Assembly: GCA_035354395.1 (NCBI GenBank)
Contig: DAOQAX010000002.1
Location: forward strand, 1-51,206
From: Bacteroidales bacterium
GTDB lineage: Bacteria > Bacteroidota > Bacteroidia > Bacteroidales > VadinHA17
Length of the DNA: 51,206 bases
Reading direction: 5' to 3'
Shown here: positions 27,071 through 35,913 of the stretch, piece by piece
Position numbering within the stretch: position 1 is the first letter of the stretch
Layout: every line of letters begins with the position of its first letter
Notes under the pieces: model-generated
What the model was told of the DNA's origin: nothing
The model's database searches: none
The model's input: only the letters and a program-made list of their open reading frames with translations
Made by a program: the position numbers and the translations under genes

Positions 27071-27481
27071 ATGAACAGAATAATTTTGAGCAAGCTTGAT
27101 TTTTCCAGAATCATGGATAGTATCAAAAAAGCAAAACTCACCAATTCTATCAATGCCGCTGAAGCAGAAATTTTACTGAATGAATTAAATTCAGCTAAAG
27201 TGGTTGAACCTCAGGAGATTCCTGTCGATGTTGTGACAATGAACTCCATTGTTAAAATCAGCTTCCTGAACACAAACAAAGTGATCAGTTTTCAGATTGT
27301 TTATCCTGATAAGGCAAATATTAAAGAAAATAAAATTTCCATATTTTCACCTATTGCTACAGCGTTGATCGGCTATAAAGTATCAGATGAAATTGAATGG
27401 ATAGTACCAGCCGGTCTTACAAAAATAAAAATTGATGAAATAATATATCAGCCGGAAGCTTCTGGTGATTTTGATTTATGA
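27071..27481 (+). CDS. rnk: Regulator of nucleoside diphosphate kinase (Rnk), GreA/GreB C-terminal-domain family
   Basis: 136 aa, the same length as E. coli Rnk. Shared motifs VDVVTMNSIVK, VYPDKAN, SPIATALIGYKV and C-terminal YQPEASGDFDL. Confidence 0.8.
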   Translation: MNRIILSKLDFSRIMDSIKKAKLTNSINAAEAEILLNELNSAKVVEPQEIPVDVVTMNSIVKISFLNTNKVISFQIVYPDKANIKENKISIFSPIATALIGYKVSDEIEWIVPAGLTKIKIDEIIYQPEASGDFDL

Positions 27482-27517
27482 CAGAATAATTTTGAGCGTG
27501 TTATGAGCAGAAAATAC

Positions 27518-27525
27518 TATATTTG
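27518..27525 (+). promoter_or_regulatory. Candidate -7 box (TAnnTTTG) for the PUL-2 ECF sigma gene
   Basis: tatatttg matches TAnnTTTG, 23 nt before the ATG at 27549. A TTTG at 27491-27494 could be the -33 element, although the spacing is slightly long. Confidence 0.4.
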
Positions 27526-27548
27526 TCTATATAACGCCCTCTAATATT

Positions 27549-28118
27549 ATGCTTTCATCACCTGATGATAAAATAATTATTAAGAAACTCCGCAAAGGTG
27601 ATGTCCTGTCATTTGATATTATTTTCAGAAAATACAATAGGAAAGTATATTACTTCGCTGTAAGCTATTTAAAAAACAGGGAAGAAGCAGAAGACGTTGT
27701 TCAGGAAGTATTTATGAATCTCTGGAGATTTCGTGATCAGATAAATGAAGATTACGAATTCTCCAGATTTCTTTTTAAGATAACATATAACTCAACCTGC
27801 AAGAAATTCAGGAAACAGTTATCGGACAAGAGACAGATGGAAGAGGCAGTAAAATATATTGCTGCTGAAGACAACCAGACCAGTGATGACATTGAGTACG
27901 ATAATCTGCTTGAAAACGCGAGCCTCCTTGCAGAGAAGTTGCCTGCCCGGCAAAGGAAAATCTTTCTTCTAAGTATAAATGATCAGCTGACTACCGAACA
28001 GATTGCTGAAAAAATGTGTATTTCGAAAAAGACCGTGGAAAACTATCTGGCCCTGGCCAAGAATTCATTAAGAAAATCCCTCTCTGCCGAACACTTTTTA
28101 CACATCTTTTTACTGTGA
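27549..28118 (+). CDS. ECF sigma factor (PUL-2)
   Basis: 189 aa. Region 2 (AEDVVQEVFMNLWRFR), region 4 HTH (LTTEQIAEKMCISKKTVENYLALAKNSLRK). Paralogous in layout to 12363-12947. Confidence 0.9.
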   Translation: MLSSPDDKIIIKKLRKGDVLSFDIIFRKYNRKVYYFAVSYLKNREEAEDVVQEVFMNLWRFRDQINEDYEFSRFLFKITYNSTCKKFRKQLSDKRQMEEAVKYIAAEDNQTSDDIEYDNLLENASLLAEKLPARQRKIFLLSINDQLTTEQIAEKMCISKKTVENYLALAKNSLRKSLSAEHFLHIFLL

Positions 28119-28317
28119 CTTTAAAACGACATTTCTTTCACTATTCATATTGATTATAAATTAGCCGTCCTTTTGGGAAAAAAGGCTCACTGCTGGATAT
28201 TATTATCAGTTAGGTTGTTTTTCATTGTTTATAGTCTAAAAACAAACAGATAGTATTATCATGATTTTGAGATGACTGCAGTGCAGAGCCCATCTCAGGA
28301 TCTCTAAAAAAGGCAGG

Positions 28318-29388
28318 ATGCAGGACAAAAAAGTAAAAATTGACATTGAAGTATTAAAAAGGTACCTGGAGGGGAATTTTTCGAGGGAAGATGAAAGTAA
28401 GGTAAGGAGCTGGTTTACACAAACAGAATCGGATGATGATCTGGAAGAAAATTCAGGTATGATCTGGGATGGAATCTCTCCTGATAAGAATATTCCTGGA
28501 TATAAGGAAAGTGAAATACTCGACCGGATACACCACAAGATAAGGCTTGATGAAAAATTATATGCAAATGAAACCTCTCAGAGATTCGTATTCTTAAAAT
28601 ATCTGACAAAGATAGCAGCCCTCCTTTTTATCCCTCTGCTTGTTGCATCATTGTTTTTATATTTTCAGAATAACACATTCAGGAATTCAGCATCTTATGC
28701 TGAAATTTATTCACCCTTTGGTTCAAGGACAAACTTTTATCTTCCCGACGGCTCCACCGGGGTGCTTAATGGAGGTTCTTCATTAAAGTTCCCGACTCAG
28801 TTTACTGGTAAGCTCAGAAATGTCACTCTTAAAGGAGAAGCATATTTTAAAGTTACGCCGGATCATGAAAAGCCATTTATTGTATCGACTAAGAATATCA
28901 GTGTAAAGGTATATGGAACTACATTCAACGTAATGGCTTATGATGACCAGCAGATAACTGAAGTTACACTCGAAAGCGGACAAGTTGAAGTGTTAAAAAA
29001 CCAAGATAAATGCCTTAAGAGCATAGGCTTCTTAAAACCCGAAGAGCAGTGTATATACAGTTTTCTGTCTGATTCAAGCGAGATCAGAGCTGTTAACAGC
29101 GCAGAAAAACTTTCATGGCTGGAAGGGAAGCTCTCATTCAAATATGAGTCATTTGAGGATGTTGTACGAAAAATCAACCAGTGGTATAATGTGAATATTG
29201 AGATAAAAGATGAAGTACTCAATACTTACATCTATTACGGTACTTTCAAAGACGAAACACTTGATGAAGTGCTGAAACTTCTTCAGTATACAGCCCCAAT
29301 AAGATACAGGGACGTGGAGAGGAAAAGAAATCAGGACGGGACTTTCGAAAAAAGAAAAATTGAGATCTACTATAAGAAAACAGAATAG
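28318..29388 (+). CDS. FecR-family anti-sigma factor (PUL-2)
   Basis: 356 aa with ATG start. LKRYLEGNFSRED, TM helix IAALLFIPLLVASLFLYF, FecR domain GEAYFKVTPDHEKPFIVSTKNISVKVYGTTFNV, C-terminal QWYNVNIEI. Confidence 0.85.
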   Translation: MQDKKVKIDIEVLKRYLEGNFSREDESKVRSWFTQTESDDDLEENSGMIWDGISPDKNIPGYKESEILDRIHHKIRLDEKLYANETSQRFVFLKYLTKIAALLFIPLLVASLFLYFQNNTFRNSASYAEIYSPFGSRTNFYLPDGSTGVLNGGSSLKFPTQFTGKLRNVTLKGEAYFKVTPDHEKPFIVSTKNISVKVYGTTFNVMAYDDQQITEVTLESGQVEVLKNQDKCLKSIGFLKPEEQCIYSFLSDSSEIRAVNSAEKLSWLEGKLSFKYESFEDVVRKINQWYNVNIEIKDEVLNTYIYYGTFKDETLDEVLKLLQYTAPIRYRDVERKRNQDGTFEKRKIEIYYKKTE

Positions 29389-29431
29389 ATAACTACTTTT
29401 TATTAATCAAATAACAAAAGCCTATGATAAT

Positions 29432-29465
29432 AAAAAATAAGGAAGGTGCTGGCACACCCTCCTTA
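29432..29465 (-). terminator. Minus-strand intrinsic terminator in the anti-sigma / susC intergenic region (PUL-2)
   Basis: The minus-strand RNA reads UAAGGAGGGUG-UGCCAG-CACCUUCCUUA followed by UUUUUUAUU. The stem is 11 bp with one G.U, which is an A.C mismatch on the plus strand. No minus-strand CDS lies nearby. Confidence 0.55.
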
Positions 29466-29524
29466 TAATTTGAAATTCAGCAGATTACCCAATGCTTATT
29501 AAACAATTGTATTAACCCACTAAA
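29432..29524 (-). ncRNA. Candidate cis-antisense sRNA (DonS-like) opposite the susC-2 5' UTR
   Basis: Bounded by the minus-strand -7 box at 29530-29537 and the minus-strand terminator at 29432-29465. The 5' end is inferred only. Confidence 0.3.
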
Positions 29525-29529
29525 CCAAA

Positions 29530-29537
29530 CAAATTTA
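29530..29537 (-). promoter_or_regulatory. Minus-strand TAnnTTTG box overlapping the susC-2 start codon
   Basis: Plus-strand caaattta is taaatttg on the minus strand, an exact TAnnTTTG. It sits in the same position relative to the ATG as in PUL-1. Confidence 0.35.
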
Positions 29538-32500
29538 TGAAAAAATTTTGTAGGTATACAGGAGATATCCTAATCCGGACATGTTCCTGTAAATTCTTTA
29601 AGATTATGAGAAATACTTTGTTGCTATTATTCATCGCAGTCTTACAGGTATATGCAGACGACACCTACTCGCAAAGTACCAGACTCACATTGAATCTGAA
29701 GAATGTTGCAGTAGCTGATGTTCTTGAGGAAATTGAGAATAACAGTGAATTTTATTTCCTCTTCAACTCGAAACTGGTAGATGTAAAAAGAGAAGTGTCA
29801 ATATCATTTAAAGATGAGAAAATCTCTGACATCCTCCACTCACTTTTCCTGGGGTCTGATGTAGATTATCTTGTTTATGACAAGCAGATAATTCTTACCC
29901 CGGGTGATATGAAGGAATTACCTGCTTCAATACAGCAAAAGCCAAGGATTACCGGAACAGTAAAAGATGAAAACGGGAATCCGTTGCCTGGTGTCAATGT
30001 TCAGGTTGAAGGCACCATCATTGGTGCGATCACTGATATTGACGGAAAATACTCAATTGAAAAGCCAGGTGAAAACACAATTATATCATTCTCATTTATA
30101 GGATATAATCCACAGAAAATATCAGCGTCAGGAATGACATCCCTTGATGTTATTATGACCCCTGATGTAAAAGCCCTTGAGGAGGTTATTGTTATTGGTT
30201 ATGGCACTCAAAAGAAAAGTGACCTGACGGGTGCCGTGTCATCAATTAAAATGGAAGAACTGAAAGGCCAGTCAATCGTGAATGTTGAGCAGATGCTGAC
30301 AGGAACCGTGGCCGGGGTAAACACTATTTCAGCATCAGGATTACCAGGAGGCAAGCTTACAATAAATATCAGAGGGATCGGAACATTGCATAATACAGAT
30401 CCGTTGTACGTTGTAGACGGGGTTCAGACCAGAGATATCAGCCTGATTAACCCAAACGATATTGAATCGATGGAGGTTTTGAAAGATGCTTCCACATCTG
30501 CCATATATGGTTCGAGCGGTGCAAACGGAGTAATACTGATTACAACAAAAAAGGGAAAAGAAGGGAAACCAGTATTGTCATTTGACACAAAACTTGGCAT
30601 TGCTACTCATGGGAAAAAAATTGCAGTACTTAATGCATCAGATTATGTTGATTATGTACTGGATCTTAAAGATAATGATGTCAATGATGCTTTCAGAAGT
30701 AAGCTTGACTGGAGAAGAGTAGACAGAACTGACTGGCAGGATGAAATCTACCAGTCTGCATTTCAACAGGAATATAACCTTTCTGTTATGGGAGGAACAA
30801 GCAATGTTAAGTACAGCCTTGGAGCAGGATATGTTGATCAGGACGGTATAGTGCTTACCCATAATTATAAAAGGTATTCGTTCAGGGCAAATACTGAATT
30901 TAGTTTTGGTAAAAGAGTAAAAATCGGTGAGAATCTGACAGTTTCCTATTCAAATGCCAGTGAAGCACCTTCAGGAGGTAACATCCTCCTTAGTACTCTC
31001 AGATTGCCCACCTATTTGCCTGTTCTCGATCCTACTAATCTGGGAGGATATTCAAAAGTGACTTCCAACGATGATTACAATGATGCTCCGAATCCGGTAG
31101 CCGACCTAATGCTCAGAGATAACAAAACACATGAACTCAGAACATTCGGAAACCTGTACGGGACTATTGATATTTTGAAAGGACTTAACTACAGGACAAG
31201 CATTGCTGTGGATCTGGGACGATCAGATGTCAATACATTCACTCAGGCTTATTCTAATGCAAATTTCACCTACCCCAGCATTCTGGACGAAACATTTAGT
31301 TGGGGGAACTCCTTTATTTATGAAAATGTATTATCATACACCAGGCAATTCGGTCTTAATGATCTTCTGATATTGGCTGGTAACTCAATTTCCAAATCCA
31401 GTGGAAGGTATTATTCCTTAACAGGATCTGATTTTACCAATGACCAGGTAAGAGTTATCTCTGCAGGAACAGGAAAAATAAATAACAATGGAACAGGGGC
31501 TAATCAATCAGCAAAACTGGGCTATTTTGCAAGAATCAATTACGCTTATGCAAACAAATACTTGTTTCAGGCAAATTTCAGGGCTGATGCCTCCTATAAC
31601 TTTGCTCCAAAAAACAGATGGGGTTATTTCCCGGCTTTCTCATTAGGCTGGAAAATGAATGAAGAGAATTTCATAAAAGACAATTTTTCTTTTATTAATT
31701 TGCTGAAACTGAGAGCCGGCTGGGGTAAAAGCGGAAATGACCTGATTGATGCCTATGGCTACTCCGCACAGGTTTCGAGTTTCTATCCCGATTATATTTT
31801 CGGGAACACTCCGGTTACCGGATCTACAATAATATCACTATGGAACCCCGATATAATATGGGAGACATCGGCGACATCAGATATCGGGTTAGACCTCTCT
31901 ATTTTTAATGATAAGATCCATTTTACAGCTGATTATTTTATCAAAAACACCGAAGATATCCTTGTTGAATATCCGATGCCTTCATCGACCGGCATTGGAT
32001 TATCAGGAGGATCAGAGGGAAGTGCATACAGAAATGCTGCCTCAGTGGTAAATAAAGGTCTGGAACTTACCGTCGATTATAAAAAGATTACTCAAAGCGA
32101 TTTTACTTTTACCGTAAGTGCCAATGCCACCTTTATTAAAAATGAGGTTACAAGTCTCGGCGAAGGGTTGCCCATTCTTTCAGGAGATTTCCATGGGAAC
32201 AGCATCACCAAAACAGAAAAAGATAATCCCATAGGATCTTTCTATGGATATAGAATGGACAAAGTATATTCTACCCAGGCAGAAGTTGATGCCGATAATC
32301 AAAAAGCTGAAAGCATTCATGGAGCAGGATCTACTTATCAGGAAAATGCGCAGGCAGGAGATATACGTTTTGTTGATGCTGATAAAGACGGATGGATTAC
32401 TGATAAAGATAAAACCTTCATTGGAAACCCTATACCTAAAGTAGGTTTCGGATTGGCACTTGGTGCAGGGTATAAAGGTTTTGATTTTTCTGCAAATTTC

Positions 32501-32938
32501 ACCGGGGTTTACGGTAATGAGATTTTTTACAGCGACCAGTATTGGCTTGAAGGTATGACTATACCATTTAACGCTTCAGTAAAAATAAAAGATCGCTGGC
32601 AAAAGGAAGGAGATGTCACAAGCATACCACGTGCGGCCTCTCCCGATGCAAATCAGAATACAAGAATATCAGACAGATGGGTGCATGATGGCAGCTATGT
32701 AAGGCTTAAAAACTTAAGCCTTGGATATACTATCCCTGCTGATCTGCTAAAGCGTTTATCATCTAATTCCATTTCAAATCTGAGAATGTATGTGACAGCG
32801 CAAAACCTGCTTACCATTACCAATTATCCTGGATTTGATCCGGAAATAAACAGCGGCTCCAATCTGGCTCAGGGAATTGACACCAGTCAGTATCCTCAGT
32901 CAAAACTGTTTATGCTTGGATTACAAATCAATTTCTAA
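29537..32938 (+). CDS. SusC/RagA-family TonB-dependent transporter with STN signalling domain (PUL-2)
   Basis: 1133 aa. STN-like N-terminus (LTLNLKNVAVADVLEEIENNSEFYFLFNSKLVD), carboxypeptidase-regulatory-like domain (ITGTVKDENGNPLPGVNVQVEGT), plug (VIVIGYGTQKKSDLTGAVSS ... GSSGANGVILITTKKG), C-terminal ...LGLQINF. Confidence 0.95.
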   Translation: MKKFCRYTGDILIRTCSCKFFKIMRNTLLLLFIAVLQVYADDTYSQSTRLTLNLKNVAVADVLEEIENNSEFYFLFNSKLVDVKREVSISFKDEKISDILHSLFLGSDVDYLVYDKQIILTPGDMKELPASIQQKPRITGTVKDENGNPLPGVNVQVEGTIIGAITDIDGKYSIEKPGENTIISFSFIGYNPQKISASGMTSLDVIMTPDVKALEEVIVIGYGTQKKSDLTGAVSSIKMEELKGQSIVNVEQMLTGTVAGVNTISASGLPGGKLTINIRGIGTLHNTDPLYVVDGVQTRDISLINPNDIESMEVLKDASTSAIYGSSGANGVILITTKKGKEGKPVLSFDTKLGIATHGKKIAVLNASDYVDYVLDLKDNDVNDAFRSKLDWRRVDRTDWQDEIYQSAFQQEYNLSVMGGTSNVKYSLGAGYVDQDGIVLTHNYKRYSFRANTEFSFGKRVKIGENLTVSYSNASEAPSGGNILLSTLRLPTYLPVLDPTNLGGYSKVTSNDDYNDAPNPVADLMLRDNKTHELRTFGNLYGTIDILKGLNYRTSIAVDLGRSDVNTFTQAYSNANFTYPSILDETFSWGNSFIYENVLSYTRQFGLNDLLILAGNSISKSSGRYYSLTGSDFTNDQVRVISAGTGKINNNGTGANQSAKLGYFARINYAYANKYLFQANFRADASYNFAPKNRWGYFPAFSLGWKMNEENFIKDNFSFINLLKLRAGWGKSGNDLIDAYGYSAQVSSFYPDYIFGNTPVTGSTIISLWNPDIIWETSATSDIGLDLSIFNDKIHFTADYFIKNTEDILVEYPMPSSTGIGLSGGSEGSAYRNAASVVNKGLELTVDYKKITQSDFTFTVSANATFIKNEVTSLGEGLPILSGDFHGNSITKTEKDNPIGSFYGYRMDKVYSTQAEVDADNQKAESIHGAGSTYQENAQAGDIRFVDADKDGWITDKDKTFIGNPIPKVGFGLALGAGYKGFDFSANFTGVYGNEIFYSDQYWLEGMTIPFNASVKIKDRWQKEGDVTSIPRAASPDANQNTRISDRWVHDGSYVRLKNLSLGYTIPADLLKRLSSNSISNLRMYVTAQNLLTITNYPGFDPEINSGSNLAQGIDTSQYPQSKLFMLGLQINF

Positions 32939-32956
32939 CATTTTAAAGAATTAATT

Positions 32957-34486
32957 ATGAAAAAAATTATTTATATAATTCTTGGAATGTTTCTTATCAC
33001 TGCATGCAGCGAAGACATTCTGAATCTTGATAACCCCAACCAGTATTCGGCAGATACCTATTATAAGAATCTCGGTGAATGCGAAAAAGGGGTAAATGCT
33101 ATTTACGGTGGTTTTTATCACGACGGATTATACGCCAGAGAATACTATTTCATTTTTGACCTTCTGGCCAATGAGGCTGAACAAAATTCTCCTATGGAAG
33201 CGCCGACGACTGACTGGCCTAATTATACACATAATCCAAGCAATGCTGAACTTCAGGGTCTGTGGCGCTCACTGTACCGGATAATATTCAGGTCAAATAT
33301 TGCAATATACAATATCGGCAAATGGGAAACCCTGACTGATGAAGACAGCGCAAGAAAGGAAACTTTATTGGGTGAAGCGTATTTTCTGAAAGGATGGGCA
33401 TATTTTGAATTAGTTAATATTTGGGGCAGAGTTCCAATCCGTACCTGGGAGAACAGCACCGTAGCCGAGGTTCCGAGAAGCAGTGTAGAAGATGTATGGA
33501 ATGTAGTTGAATCTGATCTTTCTGAAGCCATTAACCGTTTACCTGTTGTATGGGAAGGTGAAAATATCGGAAGAGCTACTAAAGGAGCTGCAGTTGCTTT
33601 AATGGGAAAATCATATCTGTATGAGAAGAAATATGCAGAGGCTCATGCTGAACTGGCCCTTCTTGCGCAGGCCCCTTACTCCTACGCTTTGCATCCCGAT
33701 TATATGGATGAATTTCTTGAAAGTGGCGACAACAGCGAAGAATCAGTGTTTGAGGTTCAGTTTAAAGGCGGAGCCGTAAGTGATGCTGTCTGGTACATGT
33801 TCGGTGGTCAGGAAAGCTGGGGCCTGGGAGGTCTTCATACAGGAAGATCAACCGAATACGGGTTTAACGATTGGGAAAACTGTCATGTTTCAGATGCCGC
33901 AGCAGCTGCATTTAAATATAAGGACGAAAGTAATGCCGACTATATTGACCCGAGAGCTTCAATGGTCTTTTATGGTGCCCCTGCAGCAGGAGGAGACACC
34001 ACCTATGCCGGTGGGGCATATCCATATGAAGATAAAGGGTTCATGTGGAAGAAGTACCAGACCTATGAAACGAATACCAATGAAAATGATCCAAACAGCG
34101 GTATCAATGCGAGAGTCATCAGATACGCTGATGTTCTGCTAATGAGAGCTGAAGCATTGATTATGGATAACAAAACTGACGAGGCTTTACCGTTGATAAA
34201 TGACGTCCGAAGACGTGTTAATGCATTTGAATATACTTCACTTGGCAATCAGGATGAGGCTATTAAAAAAATCAAACTTGAGAGAAGGCTGGAGTTGTGC
34301 GGAGAACAGGTCAGATGGTTTGATTTGATACGCTGGGGAGAAGCTATGAAAGTGATAAACGAGGAAAAAATGGCTGCAAAAGGTGTAGCTCCGTTTTTAC
34401 CGAAACATGTACTTTTCTGCATTCCTCAGGAAGAAAAAGATGCAAATCCTCTTGTGGCAGGAGATATTCAGAACGACTGGAACTAG
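32957..34486 (+). CDS. SusD/RagB-family lipoprotein (PUL-2)
   Basis: 509 aa. Lipobox LITACSEDILNLDNPNQ; motifs YFLKGWAYFELVNIWGRVP, VIRYADVLLMRAEA, ERRLELCGEQVRWFDLIRWG. Confidence 0.9.
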   Translation: MKKIIYIILGMFLITACSEDILNLDNPNQYSADTYYKNLGECEKGVNAIYGGFYHDGLYAREYYFIFDLLANEAEQNSPMEAPTTDWPNYTHNPSNAELQGLWRSLYRIIFRSNIAIYNIGKWETLTDEDSARKETLLGEAYFLKGWAYFELVNIWGRVPIRTWENSTVAEVPRSSVEDVWNVVESDLSEAINRLPVVWEGENIGRATKGAAVALMGKSYLYEKKYAEAHAELALLAQAPYSYALHPDYMDEFLESGDNSEESVFEVQFKGGAVSDAVWYMFGGQESWGLGGLHTGRSTEYGFNDWENCHVSDAAAAAFKYKDESNADYIDPRASMVFYGAPAAGGDTTYAGGAYPYEDKGFMWKKYQTYETNTNENDPNSGINARVIRYADVLLMRAEALIMDNKTDEALPLINDVRRRVNAFEYTSLGNQDEAIKKIKLERRLELCGEQVRWFDLIRWGEAMKVINEEKMAAKGVAPFLPKHVLFCIPQEEKDANPLVAGDIQNDWN

Positions 34487-34535
34487 AGTTATATTAAAAC
34501 TATTAGAATTAAAATAGCCAAAATCTGCACATTAA

Positions 34536-34671
34536 CAAATGAGGCTGTATCAAAAGCCCTTCATTACCCCCACCCCTAAATGGGGCTTTGTAAGAGACTG
34601 GTATTCAACAAGTCCTCTTAGGGGATTTAGGGGTAAACAAGGATTGAAACGTTTTGAGACAGCCTCATTTT
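34536..34671. repeat. Structured intergenic repeat, copy 2 (G/C-core motifs nested inside a long terminator-like inverted repeat)
   Basis: Outer arms caaatgaggctgtatcaaaa (34536-34555) and ttttgagacagcctcatttt (34652-34671) match at 18 of 20 positions. Inside are ttacccccacccctaaatgggg (34564-34585) and cctcttaggggatttaggggtaa (34614-34636), which share the TTACCCC..CCCC..GGGG / ..GGGGTAA core of copies 1 and 3. U-rich sequence follows on the plus strand, 50 nt after the susD-2 stop. Confidence 0.55.
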
Positions 34672-34718
34672 CTTTCACAAAATGAAGCGTTAGTCCAATA
34701 ATAAACAGTGTTCAAAAA

Positions 34719-35681
34719 ATGAAGAAAATCTGTTATTCTTTTATCATATTGAGCGTCATTGCAATGTCATGTTCCAGGTTTCCGCAGGCGGAAATCAGCA
34801 ACGGAATAATTAAAGCTAATATATATCTCCCCGATTCTAAGAAAGGATATTATCGCGGAACAAGATTCGACTGGTCAGGGAATATTTCAAGTCTTGAGTA
34901 CAATGGCCATGACTATTTCGGAAAATGGTTTACAAAATACAGCCCGGAGATACATGATGCTATAATGGGACCCGTGGAAGAATTTACACCCCTCGGTTAT
35001 ACTGAAGCAAAACCTGGAAGCAGCTTTGTAAAAATAGGCGTAGGAACCCTGACTAAAACTGATGAAAAGCAATATGAATTCTTCAGATTATACCCTTTTG
35101 TCAACATGGGCGAATGGAAAACAAACAAGTTCCCCGACAGGATTCAATTCATACATGAACTTGATGATAAAACATATTCCTATCAATATGAAAAGAATAT
35201 TCAGCTTACAGAAGGGAAACCGGAAATGGTCCTTACCCACACTCTTAGAAACAGAGGAACACGCACCATTGAAACAAGTGTCTACGATCATAATCTGTTT
35301 GTAATAGACAACCAGAGAACCGGCCCTGACTTTGAAATTTTATTTCCTTTCAACATTGCTGGTGACAGCATTGCTTTAGGCAACCTGGCTAAAATTAATG
35401 ATAATAGAATCATATTCCTGAAAAAATTAGACAGTGATGAATCAGCATTCTGTGAGAATATTACAGGGTTTGATACCACAGCTAATGACTATATGATAAA
35501 AATTAAAAACAACAAAACCGGGGCCGGAGTAATAATAACATGCGATAAGCCTTTGCAGGAGCTTGCCTTTTGGTCGTGTTCAACAACTTTGTGCCCGGAA
35601 CCATATATCAATATAAAAGTTGATCCGGGAGAGGAGTTCAGTTGGAAAATTTGCTATGAATTTTATACATTAGCGAAGTAG
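34719..35681 (+). CDS. Lipoprotein of unknown function (320 aa; beta-rich, possibly a mutarotase-like sandwich)
   Basis: ATG start, lipobox VIAMSCSRF. I recognise no named motif. THTLRNRGTRTIETSVYDHNLF loosely recalls aldose-epimerase-like folds, but this is weak. Confidence 0.6.
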   Translation: MKKICYSFIILSVIAMSCSRFPQAEISNGIIKANIYLPDSKKGYYRGTRFDWSGNISSLEYNGHDYFGKWFTKYSPEIHDAIMGPVEEFTPLGYTEAKPGSSFVKIGVGTLTKTDEKQYEFFRLYPFVNMGEWKTNKFPDRIQFIHELDDKTYSYQYEKNIQLTEGKPEMVLTHTLRNRGTRTIETSVYDHNLFVIDNQRTGPDFEILFPFNIAGDSIALGNLAKINDNRIIFLKKLDSDESAFCENITGFDTTANDYMIKIKNNKTGAGVIITCDKPLQELAFWSCSTTLCPEPYINIKVDPGEEFSWKICYEFYTLAK

Positions 35682-35711
35682 TGTTATGTTATGTTATGTT
35701 ATGTTATGTTA
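35682..35711. repeat. Pentanucleotide microsatellite (TGTTA)x6
   Basis: Six perfect tandem TGTTA units start on the base after the TAG stop (35679-35681) of the 320-aa lipoprotein gene, about 200 nt upstream of the next ATG. Confidence 0.9.
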
Positions 35712-35761
35712 AGTTTATAATCTACCTGTTTCTACCATATACCCTGAAAGGAACAGGCATA

Positions 35762-35808
35762 TTTCTCTCCTGACTCCCTTTTTGGGAAAGGGTAAATCAG
35801 GAGAAAAA
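35762..35808. other. Nested stem-loop with a CCCTTT..AAAGGGTAA core (possible solo unit of the repeat family)
   Basis: Outer arms tttctctcctga and tcaggagaaaaa form 12 bp with one mismatch. The inner hairpin is cccttt-ttggg-aaaggg. The gggtaaa tail resembles the X' end of the repeat copies. No U-tract on either strand. Confidence 0.35.
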
Positions 35809-35913
35809 TCATTGATTAACTTAATCTGTCAGAGTAGAAATAATTATTATTTGGCTTAACGATGGTTTCTGATAAGAAAAAAATGGCTGGGATGTTACCT
35901 GATTTGGAAAAAA

